Positions 1 through 7,786 of a DNA stretch of 32,000 nt are shown piece after piece (position 1 is the stretch's first letter; every line of letters begins with the position of its first letter). Made by a program: the position numbers and the translations under genes. Location: contig NC_010482.1 of NCBI RefSeq assembly GCF_000019605.1, positions 300,001 to 332,000 of the forward strand, in the 5' to 3' direction. Source of the stretch: Candidatus Korarchaeum cryptofilum OPF8 (GTDB taxonomy: Archaea; Korarchaeota; Korarchaeia; Korarchaeales; Korarchaeaceae). The notes beneath the pieces are model-generated. The model was given only the letters and a program-made list of their open reading frames with translations, had not been told where the DNA came from and ran no database searches.

Positions 1-199
1 CAGCTTTATGAGCTTGCCTCACTATCTCCCTCCAGTGAGCTTCCATCCTCTCCCACTCCTTGGGGTGAGGTGGCAGCCCGTATCTACTGGGCCCCAGGGC
101 TACACCTGGATCTATCATTATCCTGAGGTCCTTCGTCTCCACAAAAGTAGCCATGCTCCTCGCTCCCATAGAATCGGAGCTAAGGGGGAGTATCCTCAT
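1..199 (-). CDS. MBL-fold hydrolase, UPF0282-like (first 66 codons only; gene runs off the left edge)
   Basis: Not in the ORF track. The reverse complement from ATG (199-197) reads MRILPLSSDSMGARSMATFVETKDLRIMIDPGVALGPSRYGLPPHPKEWERMEAHWREIVRQAHKA and stays open to position 1. GGAGGTGA (204-211, minus sense) lies 4 nt upstream. It resembles the N-termini of archaeal UPF0282 metallo-beta-lactamase-fold proteins as I recall them. Confidence 0.55.
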   Translation of the reverse strand, partial: MRILPLSSDSMGARSMATFVETKDLRIMIDPGVALGPSRYGLPPHPKEWERMEAHWREIVRQAHKA

Positions 200-260
200 C
201 CGATCACCTCCTCGAGCAAGCTGCAGAGCTTATTAAACATCTCGGGATCATCGGAAAGAC

Positions 261-278
261 TTTTAAGTAAAAATTTTT
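261..278 (+). promoter_or_regulatory. TATA-like box for the ACR3 gene
   Basis: TTTTAAGTAAAAATTTTT lies about 25-35 nt upstream of ATG 299, in the divergent spacer 200-298. Confidence 0.35.
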
Positions 279-298
279 GCAGTCATGCTAGTGATATC

Positions 299-1342
299 AT
301 GGAGAGGAAGCTCGGCCTCATCGAGAAGTACCTCACGATCTGGATCTTCCTGGCTATGATCTTCGGCATCGCCCTGGGCTACTTCTACCCCGGGATTTCG
401 ATCATGCTAGCCGGTATGAGCGTGGGCACGACCTCCATTCCCATAGCCGCTGGGCTGATTTTGATGATGTACCCGCCGCTAGCTAAAGTCAGGTACGAGG
501 AGATGGGAAAAATTTTCAAAAATTTGAAGCTATTATCCTTTTCTTTAGCCCAGAACTGGATCTTCGGTCCTATAGTCATGTTCCTTCTGGCAATAACGCT
601 CCTACGTGACCTTCCAGCTTTCATGATGGGAGTGATACTCGTCGGTCTCGCTAGGTGCATCGCGATGGTGATAGTCTGGAATGAACTAGCTGAGGGGGAT
701 AGGGAGCTAGCTGTAGGACTCGTGGCCTTCAATGCGATCTTCCAGATATTATTTTACGCTGTCTACATATATATCTTCATAACCCTAGCTTTAACTGGCC
801 TGGGACTGGCTCAGGGGGTTGAGGTAAACGTCAGCATTCTGGATGCAGCTAAGACAGTCTTCATCTACTTAGGGATACCTTTCATAGCTGGTGTACTGAC
901 TAGATACCTGAGCTTCGCGTTGAAAGGGAGGGATTGGTTCGAGAGGAATTTGGTCCCTAAGATAAGTCCGATAACTCCGGCAGCGCTCCTCTTCACCATA
1001 GTGGTGATGTTCTCCTTGAAGGGGGAGTACATAGTGGAGCTGCCCTACAACGTACTGAGGGTAGCTTTGCCCCTCGCCCTCTACTTCATGATAATGTGGT
1101 TCCTGACATTCTTCATAGCTTACAAGCTGGGAATAGATTATCCTAAAGCGACGGCAGTCTCATTCACAGCAGCCAGTAATGATTTTGAACTAGCGATAGC
1201 CGTTGCAATAGCGATATGGGGGATAAATAGCGATCAAGCTTTCGCGACCGTCATAGGACCGCTGATAGAGGTGCCCGTGCTCATAAGCTTAGTAAATGTG
1301 GCTTTAAGGTTCAGGGAGAAACTATATGGGATCAAATCCTGA
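299..1342 (+). CDS. acr3: Arsenite efflux carrier, ACR3 family
   Basis: The frame is that of ORF 8..1342, but the conserved sequence starts at ATG 299 (MERKLGLIEKYLTIWIFLAMIFG). About 10 hydrophobic helices. ACR3 hallmarks are present: GLARCIAMVIVWN (conserved Cys) and AASNDFELAIAVAI. The upstream 97 codons overlap the divergent MBL gene and look non-coding. Confidence 0.85.
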   Translation: MERKLGLIEKYLTIWIFLAMIFGIALGYFYPGISIMLAGMSVGTTSIPIAAGLILMMYPPLAKVRYEEMGKIFKNLKLLSFSLAQNWIFGPIVMFLLAITLLRDLPAFMMGVILVGLARCIAMVIVWNELAEGDRELAVGLVAFNAIFQILFYAVYIYIFITLALTGLGLAQGVEVNVSILDAAKTVFIYLGIPFIAGVLTRYLSFALKGRDWFERNLVPKISPITPAALLFTIVVMFSLKGEYIVELPYNVLRVALPLALYFMIMWFLTFFIAYKLGIDYPKATAVSFTAASNDFELAIAVAIAIWGINSDQAFATVIGPLIEVPVLISLVNVALRFREKLYGIKS

Positions 1343-1351
1343 TATTTTTTA
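1343..1351 (+). terminator. Oligo-T tract after the acr3 stop
   Basis: A T6 run (1345-1350) begins 3 nt after TGA 1340-1342. This is an archaeal-type oligo-T termination signal. It overlaps the stop codon of the convergent ecfT gene. Confidence 0.3.
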
Positions 1352-2128
1352 ATGAGGAATTATGAAGAGAGCGATATATATGGCTCCCATCAGGTAAGAT
1401 GCTGCCACCAATAGCTTATCCTTCTTAGATAACTTGAGCTCCCTGTACCACGTGTGACACCTCTCCTCCCCGAAGCCCCTGAGCTCCATGGAGTCAGCTA
1501 TATCATAAATTGAGAGCGTCGCTGAGATCGTGACAGGGACTACGAGCGGTATTATTGAGATTAGCTTAGCTATGGGGTTCCTCCCACCCCTCGGCCTGAA
1601 GCCCCTAGCCATCTGAGCCTCGAGCGTTTTGTTCATCTCAGCTATGAACTCCGGTATGTACCTGAGGGCCAGCTGTATTATGTAAGCAGCTTTGTAAGGT
1701 ACCCCCATCTGCCCCAAAGCTGGGGCGTATAGATTGGGCGGTGTCGTGAATACTAGAGTCGCGGTAGCTAGGGCTAGGGAGAGCAGCTTCAACACGGGAG
1801 TGAGGGCCCTCTTCACCACCTCCGGGGAGGTGAGGGTCTCGATGAGGGGGCCCTTCGCGTATAGGAGCACTATAGTGGTGTAATTAAGGAGGGAGAGGAA
1901 GAGTATTATCAGGAGGATGAACTTCCAAGTGGCCCTAGTCTTGCTCCAGGGGAGTCTGGCTAGGGAGTAGAAGGCCAGAGATATCAATAGGAGCGGAATT
2001 ACGGAGTATATGCTGTAAGCTAAGCTCAGGCTTATCACGAGAAAAAAGATGAAGGTAAGCTTGGCCCTAGGATCCAGCTTATGGATCGGGCTCTCCCCTT
2101 CTATGTACTTTATGAACCTAGTGGACAT
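1349..2128 (-). CDS. ecfT: ECF transporter transmembrane (T) component, CbiQ/EcfT family
   Basis: The N-terminus is family-typical (YIEGESPIHKLDPRAKL). The protein is multi-TM with Arg-containing coupling helices (ALRYIPEF, QMARGFRPRG). It is contiguous with the S-component gene (2128/2129). Confidence 0.8.
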   Translation of the reverse strand: MSTRFIKYIEGESPIHKLDPRAKLTFIFFLVISLSLAYSIYSVIPLLLISLAFYSLARLPWSKTRATWKFILLIILFLSLLNYTTIVLLYAKGPLIETLTSPEVVKRALTPVLKLLSLALATATLVFTTPPNLYAPALGQMGVPYKAAYIIQLALRYIPEFIAEMNKTLEAQMARGFRPRGGRNPIAKLISIIPLVVPVTISATLSIYDIADSMELRGFGEERCHTWYRELKLSKKDKLLVAASYLMGAIYIALFIIPH

Positions 2129-2692
2129 TCAGACTCTCCTTGCCCTCCCCTTAACGGCTGATGCGTAAGCAGCTACCAATATGGGCGTTATTATAGCTCC
2201 ATTTATAGCATCGGTCACAGCGGCTGGGAGGAAGAGGGCGTAAGTGGCTTCCTCTATAGTTGAGATCCCGTAACCGAATATATAATCTGTGTAAGCCGCG
2301 AATCCCATCCCAACGATAGATCCTATTATAGAGAGTAATATGCACGCGACGTATCCCTTCCTCCTGAATATATCCTCCCTCGATATGAAGTAAGATGCTA
2401 ATCCGGGGATGAGCCCTAGCAAACCATTGCCAACGTCCCAGTTCCACCAGAAGCCTCCCCAGCTTATGGCGTCGCTTATAATGTTCCCCAGGAACCCGGA
2501 TACGAAGCCCACTACTGGGCCGAAGACATAACCGAAGAACATAGGGATGGACACGCTTGGCCTGAGAGCAACTAACTGAGTGCCTGGAAGCTGCAATATG
2601 TTGAAGAAGACGTTGAATGCCGCATACAAGGCTGTACCTATTGCCATCGCCACAATACCGGTAGTCGAGAACTGCTTGCTCATGGCCTTCAC
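2129..2692 (-). CDS. ECF transporter substrate-specific (S) component, substrate unknown
   Basis: A small protein of about 6 TM helices with the Trp/Gly-rich loop ISWGGFWWNWDVGNGLLG typical of ECF S components. It sits immediately upstream of ecfT. The start is either GTG 2692 or ATG 2683, and GAGGTGA lies just upstream. Confidence 0.65.
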   Translation of the reverse strand: MKAMSKQFSTTGIVAMAIGTALYAAFNVFFNILQLPGTQLVALRPSVSIPMFFGYVFGPVVGFVSGFLGNIISDAISWGGFWWNWDVGNGLLGLIPGLASYFISREDIFRRKGYVACILLSIIGSIVGMGFAAYTDYIFGYGISTIEEATYALFLPAAVTDAINGAIITPILVAAYASAVKGRARRV

Positions 2693-2913
2693 CGCATCAC
2701 CTCGGGAGGCTTACTTAAATACTTTCATGCGAGCTCTCGAGCTCATATCATTAGCTGAATGAATTTTCATTGGCTTCAGGACCGCTTAAACATCACTCAA
2801 GGCCTCCATCCAATGAAGTGAGATAGCGATCAAATTCCTCAGGAGAATTGCTTTTTAAGGAAACTCTCCTCATGGATAGGTGATATCTTGGCTAGATGGT
2901 TGCATGAGATGAG

Positions 2914-3645
2914 GTGGCCGGATGTGGAGGAGTACTTGAGGGGGACGATAGGATAATGATACCCCTGGGCAGCACTGAGCAGCACGGCAGGCATGCGCCT
3001 CTAGGTACTGATTCCCTCCTCGCAATAGCTCTAGCTGAGGATGCTAGCGAGAGGACCGGAGTGTTAATCGCCCCTCCCATCTGGTACGGTTGGAGCCCGC
3101 ATCATATGGTAGCTCCGGGTACCGTTAGCGTGAGGCCCGAGGTACTAATTGAGCTACTATACGATGCGATCAGATCGCTCTCGAGGCACGGCTTCAGGAA
3201 GTTCGTCCTCATAAATGGCCATAGGTTAGCTAACCTCCCCTGGATACAGATAGCCTCTGAGAGAGCCCAGAGGGAGCTCAAGGTCAGCATCTTCATATTC
3301 GATCCCCTCTATATGAGCCTCGATCTGAGGAAAAAGGTAGATTTCGGTCCATTCGGTCATGGAGACGATATGGAAACCTCCCATCTCATGCACAAATTCC
3401 CGGAGTTGGTGAGGATGGAGGAAGCTAAAGATTACGTCCCCGAGAGGGTTGTGTACGCAGACCCCTTGGAGCCCAAGGATACACTTTGCTACATCCCCAG
3501 CACCGAGGAGAGGATGATGGAGATAAAGGAATCGACCGGGGATACGATCATAGGTACGCCTAGCAGGTCCGATCCGGACAAAGGAAAGTTATATCATGAG
3601 CATTTAGTCGGGAGATTGGTAGAATTGCTTCAGAGCATCAGATAA
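2914..3645 (+). CDS. Creatininase-family amidohydrolase (creatininase/ArfB-like); 5' end apparently frameshifted
   Basis: PLGSTEQHGRHAPLGTD, WSPHH, LINGH and GHGDDMETS are metal-ligand motifs of the creatininase fold. The family-typical N-terminus MRWPDVEEYLRG is encoded in a different frame from ATG 2909 (see finding). Confidence 0.8.
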   Translation: MAGCGGVLEGDDRIMIPLGSTEQHGRHAPLGTDSLLAIALAEDASERTGVLIAPPIWYGWSPHHMVAPGTVSVRPEVLIELLYDAIRSLSRHGFRKFVLINGHRLANLPWIQIASERAQRELKVSIFIFDPLYMSLDLRKKVDFGPFGHGDDMETSHLMHKFPELVRMEEAKDYVPERVVYADPLEPKDTLCYIPSTEERMMEIKESTGDTIIGTPSRSDPDKGKLYHEHLVGRLVELLQSIR

Positions 3646-3816
3646 TCGTCTCCAACTGAATTTGGAGATGCCTCAAGCCCATGGGAAATGAGCCATGTGA
3701 ATTGGCCGAAGTTAAGGTTCCTCTAATACCGCTTAGTACTCCGAGCGAAATCGAATATGCCCATTGTCGTATCGCATTTATCAGCATATATTTATCGGCA
3801 TATGTATCGATCTCCC

Positions 3817-4959
3817 ATGATGAAAAAATCGTTGCCCCTACTCGCTCTACTGCTGCTCACTTTACAGAGCCTCTCAGCTTATAATATCGTTCAGGAGGAG
3901 ATGAAGCCTATTCAGACAAATCCAGCCGATATATGGTCGGATAGAGGTGGAGAAGGCCCAAATGTCACTTGCGGTTATGCTAAGGTTGGGGAGAACGTGA
4001 CTTTCTTCTTCAGGGTCGGCTCACCCACTTACCTTAGGATAGTGATCACGAAGCCAGATGGTAGCGAAGTTGAGGTGATGAAGAGCTCTCAGGTCTTCCC
4101 GGGTATCACTTACAGATTCCATCAGCTATTCGTAGACCCGGGGATGAGGGTGATAAAGCTAATCGGATACAGCGGAAACGTCCTGGACTACTGCACGATC
4201 CACGTGGTCACTTCTTTCACGGGCGGGGATGTCTGGACTGAAGCCGGAGGAAGAGGGCCTCAAATAGATGGAGGTGTCTTGATAGCCGGAAATCCGGTCA
4301 GAATACTTTTCTCAGTTAACGTGACGAGCGAAGTTCAGCTATTCCTCTATGGACCAGAGAGGAAGGAGGAGCTCCTCTTCTCAGGTAGGCTTGAGGGAGG
4401 TAAGACTGAGACACTATTACTGGAGGGCCTGAAGGAAGGAAAGTATACGCTGAAGCTCCTCCAGGGGAGCAAAATACTGGATTCATGCGACTTCTCAGTC
4501 ATAAAGCCCGTCGAGAGGATACCCCCATCCATAAGGATAAGCAGTATAAATGTGAACGGATCCATCGTCTCTATCAACGGGGAAGCCTTCCCAGGGACCC
4601 CTAATACATCCCTGATAATCTCATGGGATTGGGGAGACGGGAGCTATGAGGAGGGGCCCTTCCCTAGGATGCATAGGTATGAGAGAGAGGGCAAATATAC
4701 GATAAGGATTGTTGCGAAGCAATCTGATGGCTTATCAGCCAACTTCACTTACTCAGTACTCATAGCCACTTCTACGACCCCCACTAAGATCGCTGAGGGG
4801 AGCGTGACATCTGAAGTTAAGACGATGAACGCGACTAAGGAGGAGACGGTCACTATCGTTGAGGAGAAAACCCCATCAGAGCTGATCGCTTTCATTTTGG
4901 GGGCTTTGGCATCGGCCCTGATAATAACAGCCATATCCAGGATCCTGAAAAGGACTTAA
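3817..4959 (+). CDS. Secreted, C-terminally membrane-anchored surface protein with two novel Ig-like repeats and a PKD domain
   Basis: The signal peptide is MMKKSLPLLALLLLTLQSLSA, starting at ATG 3817. The earlier ORF-track start at 3757 lies in the AT-rich promoter. Two repeats of about 100 aa begin (I/V)W(S/T)(D/E)xGGxGP. The PKD signature is ISWDWGDGSYEEG...GKYTIRIV. A Thr/Ser/Glu linker precedes the C-terminal TM helix (LIAFILGALASALIITAI) and a basic tail. There are 7 N-x-S/T sequons. Confidence 0.7.
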   Translation: MMKKSLPLLALLLLTLQSLSAYNIVQEEMKPIQTNPADIWSDRGGEGPNVTCGYAKVGENVTFFFRVGSPTYLRIVITKPDGSEVEVMKSSQVFPGITYRFHQLFVDPGMRVIKLIGYSGNVLDYCTIHVVTSFTGGDVWTEAGGRGPQIDGGVLIAGNPVRILFSVNVTSEVQLFLYGPERKEELLFSGRLEGGKTETLLLEGLKEGKYTLKLLQGSKILDSCDFSVIKPVERIPPSIRISSINVNGSIVSINGEAFPGTPNTSLIISWDWGDGSYEEGPFPRMHRYEREGKYTIRIVAKQSDGLSANFTYSVLIATSTTPTKIAEGSVTSEVKTMNATKEETVTIVEEKTPSELIAFILGALASALIITAISRILKRT

Positions 4960-5591
4960 GGTATTCTGAGTCTCTCAGTCAGCTTCCTGAAGGCTAAGGT
5001 AACGAGAGCCGTCATTGAGAGGTATATGAGGGCTAATATTGAGAATATCTCCAGGGGCCTGAAGTAAAGGGAGTTGAAGCTCTTAGCGACGCTGTATACC
5101 TCTTGAACACCTACTGCGAATGCTAGGGATGAGTACTGGACCATGTAAACTATCTCATTTGATATGCTGGGGAGGGCCCTCCTTATCGCCTGAGGTACTA
5201 TTATGTGGAGGAATTCCTGGGTTTCATTCATCCCTATAGCTTTCGCTGCTAAGCTTTGCCCCTCATCTATCGATAATATAGCTCCTCTGAAGTACTCTGA
5301 TATGTAGGCGCTGCTGCATAGGATGAAGGATATTATAGCTGAAGCAGTTGGGCTCAAGTAAATACCGAAATCCGTTAGGCCGAAGAAGACTATGAATAAA
5401 GTTACTAGCAGGGGGAATCCCCTGAAGATAGATGAGAATGCCCTAGCTAGAATGCTGAGGAATCCTTTCCTGGAGCCGAGGATCCCTATAGCTATCCCAA
5501 GCCCCGCTCCCAGAGGAGCGGAGATGAGCAGCAGCTCCAACGTATTCATCGTTCCCACTAGCAATGAGGATGCCAGATCATACCAGAACAT
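4956..5591 (-). CDS. Polar amino-acid ABC transporter permease
   Basis: HisM/GlnP-type permease with the EAA-like loop SIDEGQSLAAKAIGMNETQEFLHIIVPQAIRRALP. It overlaps the ATPase gene by 14 nt. Confidence 0.85.
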   Translation of the reverse strand: MFWYDLASSLLVGTMNTLELLLISAPLGAGLGIAIGILGSRKGFLSILARAFSSIFRGFPLLVTLFIVFFGLTDFGIYLSPTASAIISFILCSSAYISEYFRGAILSIDEGQSLAAKAIGMNETQEFLHIIVPQAIRRALPSISNEIVYMVQYSSLAFAVGVQEVYSVAKSFNSLYFRPLEIFSILALIYLSMTALVTLAFRKLTERLRIP

Positions 5592-6318
5592 AATTCAACC
5601 TCCCTTTGAATATAGCTCTAGCCTCAGCCGTCTTAGGGCTCCTGATTATCTCTTCAGGCCTCCCCTCTTCCACTATCCTCCCATCGTACATCACAGCTAT
5701 GCTACTGGCAGCTTCGATAGCGAAACTCAGCTCGTGGGTCACCACTAAGCTGGTCATCCCCCTCTTGGATAGCTCCCTCATCACGCTGAGCACTTCCATC
5801 GATAGCTGGGGATCTAGAGCGGATGTGGGCTCATCGTAAAGCATCAATACAGGATCCATAGCGAGGGCCCTCGCTATAGCTACCCTCTGCTTCTGCCCCC
5901 CTGATAGCTGAGCCGGATACCTGTCCCAGAGCTCCTCCCCTATCCTAACAGCCCTGAGGACTTCCTTCGCTTTCAAAATGGCATCATTCTTGCTCATACC
6001 CTTCACTTTCGTCAGCCCTATCGTGACGTTCCCCATCACCGTCAAGTGGTTGAACAAATTGAACTCCTGAAAGACGAAGCCGATCTTCTGCCTCACCCTG
6101 TATACATCGTTCTTCGATGTTATCTCCTCGCCATTTATGAATATCCTACCGCCATCCGGCCTCACGAGGAGGTTTATGCACTTGAGCAAGGTGCTCTTCC
6201 CGGCTCCACTCGGCCCCATTATGACTTTCGTCTCCCCCTTCCTCAGCTCTAAGTCGACTCCCTTGAGTACCTCTACTCCTGAGTACCTCTTCCTAAGATC
6301 CTCTATCCTGAGCATCAT
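5578..6318 (-). CDS. Polar amino-acid ABC transporter ATP-binding protein
   Basis: Walker A is GPSGAGKST, the signature is LSGGQKQRVAIARAL, and Walker B is LMLYDEPTSALD. This is GlnQ/HisP-like. Confidence 0.9.
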   Translation of the reverse strand: MMLRIEDLRKRYSGVEVLKGVDLELRKGETKVIMGPSGAGKSTLLKCINLLVRPDGGRIFINGEEITSKNDVYRVRQKIGFVFQEFNLFNHLTVMGNVTIGLTKVKGMSKNDAILKAKEVLRAVRIGEELWDRYPAQLSGGQKQRVAIARALAMDPVLMLYDEPTSALDPQLSMEVLSVMRELSKRGMTSLVVTHELSFAIEAASSIAVMYDGRIVEEGRPEEIIRSPKTAEARAIFKGRLNYVLV

Positions 6319-6962
6319 CCAGCCCCCAGAGTTCCCTTGATCCTCACCCTTCTGTAGATGAGCTCTATTGCGCTAGTCCCCGCGTGAGTTAAGGAGAAGA
6401 AGAGGATTCCGGCGAGAAGATAGGGAAGGAGAGCTGATCCAGTCGCTACGGAAATGTATCTAGCTCTAGTCAGTATCTCCATGACTCCCAGAGCGAAGCA
6501 TATGGAGGAGTCCTTCAGCATTATCGCGTACTCATTCGACCAAGACGGCAGGGAGATCCTAAGGGCTTGAGGGAGCAGTACATAAGCCACAACCTGCCTC
6601 TCCCTCATCCCTATCGACCTAGCAGCGATTATCTGATCGCTATCCACAGAGTTAAGAGCGCTTAGGAATATCTGAGATTGATAGGCGCTGCTCCTCAGGC
6701 CCAGAGCTATCACGCTCGTCTCAAAGGGGCCTATTTTCACCCCTAATGCCGGGAAGACCCCCCAGTAGAGGAGGGAGAGGAGGACTATGAGAGGGGTCCC
6801 CCTCATGAACCAGACGTAAGCATCCAGCCTCGCTCCGTAGAACTTCATTATGGCTATGGGCAACCCGAGAGAGAAGCCGAGGGAGAGGCCTAGAGCCACT
6901 AGGGAGAGGGTCCAAAGGGAACCCTCCATCAAAAAGGGTATGTATTCTATGACTGAAGGCAT
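6315..6962 (-). CDS. Polar amino-acid ABC transporter permease
   Basis: EAA-like loop SVDSDQIIAARSIGMRERQVVAYVLLPQALRISLP. There is a 4-nt overlap with the ATPase gene, and it is contiguous with the SBP gene. Confidence 0.85.
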   Translation of the reverse strand: MPSVIEYIPFLMEGSLWTLSLVALGLSLGFSLGLPIAIMKFYGARLDAYVWFMRGTPLIVLLSLLYWGVFPALGVKIGPFETSVIALGLRSSAYQSQIFLSALNSVDSDQIIAARSIGMRERQVVAYVLLPQALRISLPSWSNEYAIMLKDSSICFALGVMEILTRARYISVATGSALLPYLLAGILFFSLTHAGTSAIELIYRRVRIKGTLGAG

Positions 6963-7775
6963 TCAATCGAGCCCCCACTTCTTCAGTAACTCATTCCACT
7001 TCGGACTGTTCATGAGCTCCTCCAGGGCCTCGTTTATCTTATCCCTCAGCCACTTATCCTGGGGCCTAGTAGCTATAGCGTAGACGTTAGGGGCGCCTAT
7101 GCTCCCGAGGACCTTGACCTTAGCCGCTAAATCTGGATCCTTCTTCAGGTAAGGCCCGAGGAAAGCTGAGTCAGTTATCACAGCTGAAGCCCTACCATCG
7201 AGGAGCGCCTCGAGAGCGGAGACGTAAGAATCCAGACCAAGTTTCTTGAACTTATATCCGGCCTTGATGAGCCTATCGGCCCATTCATCGGATGTAGAGC
7301 CCAATTGGACAGCTATATATTCATTGGAATTAAGTATCTCATCGAAGCTCCTCTTATCCTCACTCCTGACGACGAGCTGGTGCACATAAGAGTAATAAGG
7401 GACTGAGAACCATATCTTCTGGGATCTCGCGGCATTGAATGTCATTCCTGATGCGATGACATCTATATCCCCATTCTCAAGCGCAGTCACTATCGTTGAC
7501 CAATCCCATGGCTTGTAGACTATCTTCCAACCGTACTTCTCAGCTATCAAATTCATCAAGTCCACATCGAAGCCCACTGGCGTTCCATTAGGCTGCATGA
7601 CTGTGAAAGGCGGATAGTTAGCATCGAACCCGTAGATTATGGTCACCTCCCCGCTGGGAGCGTCTGAGAACTTAGACCTCTCGAATAGGCAGCTCCCTTG
7701 CTTCGGGATAGCGTAGCCTACGGCTGCGCCCAATAGGAGGCCGAGCAGGAGGACGGCTATATATCTTCCCACCAT
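6963..7775 (-). CDS. Polar amino-acid ABC transporter substrate-binding protein (family 3 SBP)
   Basis: YGFDANYPPFT, GFDVDLMNLIAEK and DVIASGMTFNAARS are typical of family 3 SBPs. The preferred start is ATG 7775 (MVGRYIAVLLLGLLLGAAV signal/anchor), with GGTGG 4-8 nt upstream. The ORF-track start ATG 7832 would place the N-terminus across the TATA-like box and a dyad site. Confidence 0.8.
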   Translation of the reverse strand: MVGRYIAVLLLGLLLGAAVGYAIPKQGSCLFERSKFSDAPSGEVTIIYGFDANYPPFTVMQPNGTPVGFDVDLMNLIAEKYGWKIVYKPWDWSTIVTALENGDIDVIASGMTFNAARSQKIWFSVPYYSYVHQLVVRSEDKRSFDEILNSNEYIAVQLGSTSDEWADRLIKAGYKFKKLGLDSYVSALEALLDGRASAVITDSAFLGPYLKKDPDLAAKVKVLGSIGAPNVYAIATRPQDKWLRDKINEALEELMNSPKWNELLKKWGLD

Positions 7776-7786
7776 CGTCCCACCAT

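Noticed and set aside
8-298. N-terminal 97 codons of ORF 8..1342 (MSLPHYLPPVSFHPL...)
   Set aside because: The segment is Pro/Ser/His-rich and has no transporter-like sequence. It overlaps a well-supported minus-strand gene start (MBL-fold, ATG 199 with GGAGGTGA) and crosses a TATA-like box. The conserved ACR3 sequence begins at ATG 299.
2731-2744. GAGCTC-TC-GAGCTC, which looked like a 14-bp palindrome
   Set aside because: On checking, it is a direct repeat of two 6-bp self-complementary hexamers and not a true 14-bp dyad. It is short and of low information.
3647-3670. Hairpin TCTCCAA-N6-TTGGAGA 4 nt after the creatininase stop, a possible intrinsic terminator
   Set aside because: No T-run follows it, and archaeal termination depends mainly on oligo-T and not on hairpins. 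A 7-bp stem could be chance.
3681-3884. 67-aa ORF and the 3757 start upstream of the surface-protein gene
   Set aside because: They lie in the AT-rich, repeat-bearing promoter region. There is no signal peptide until MMKKSLPLL at 3817, and the 3681 ORF is in another frame that overlaps the real start.
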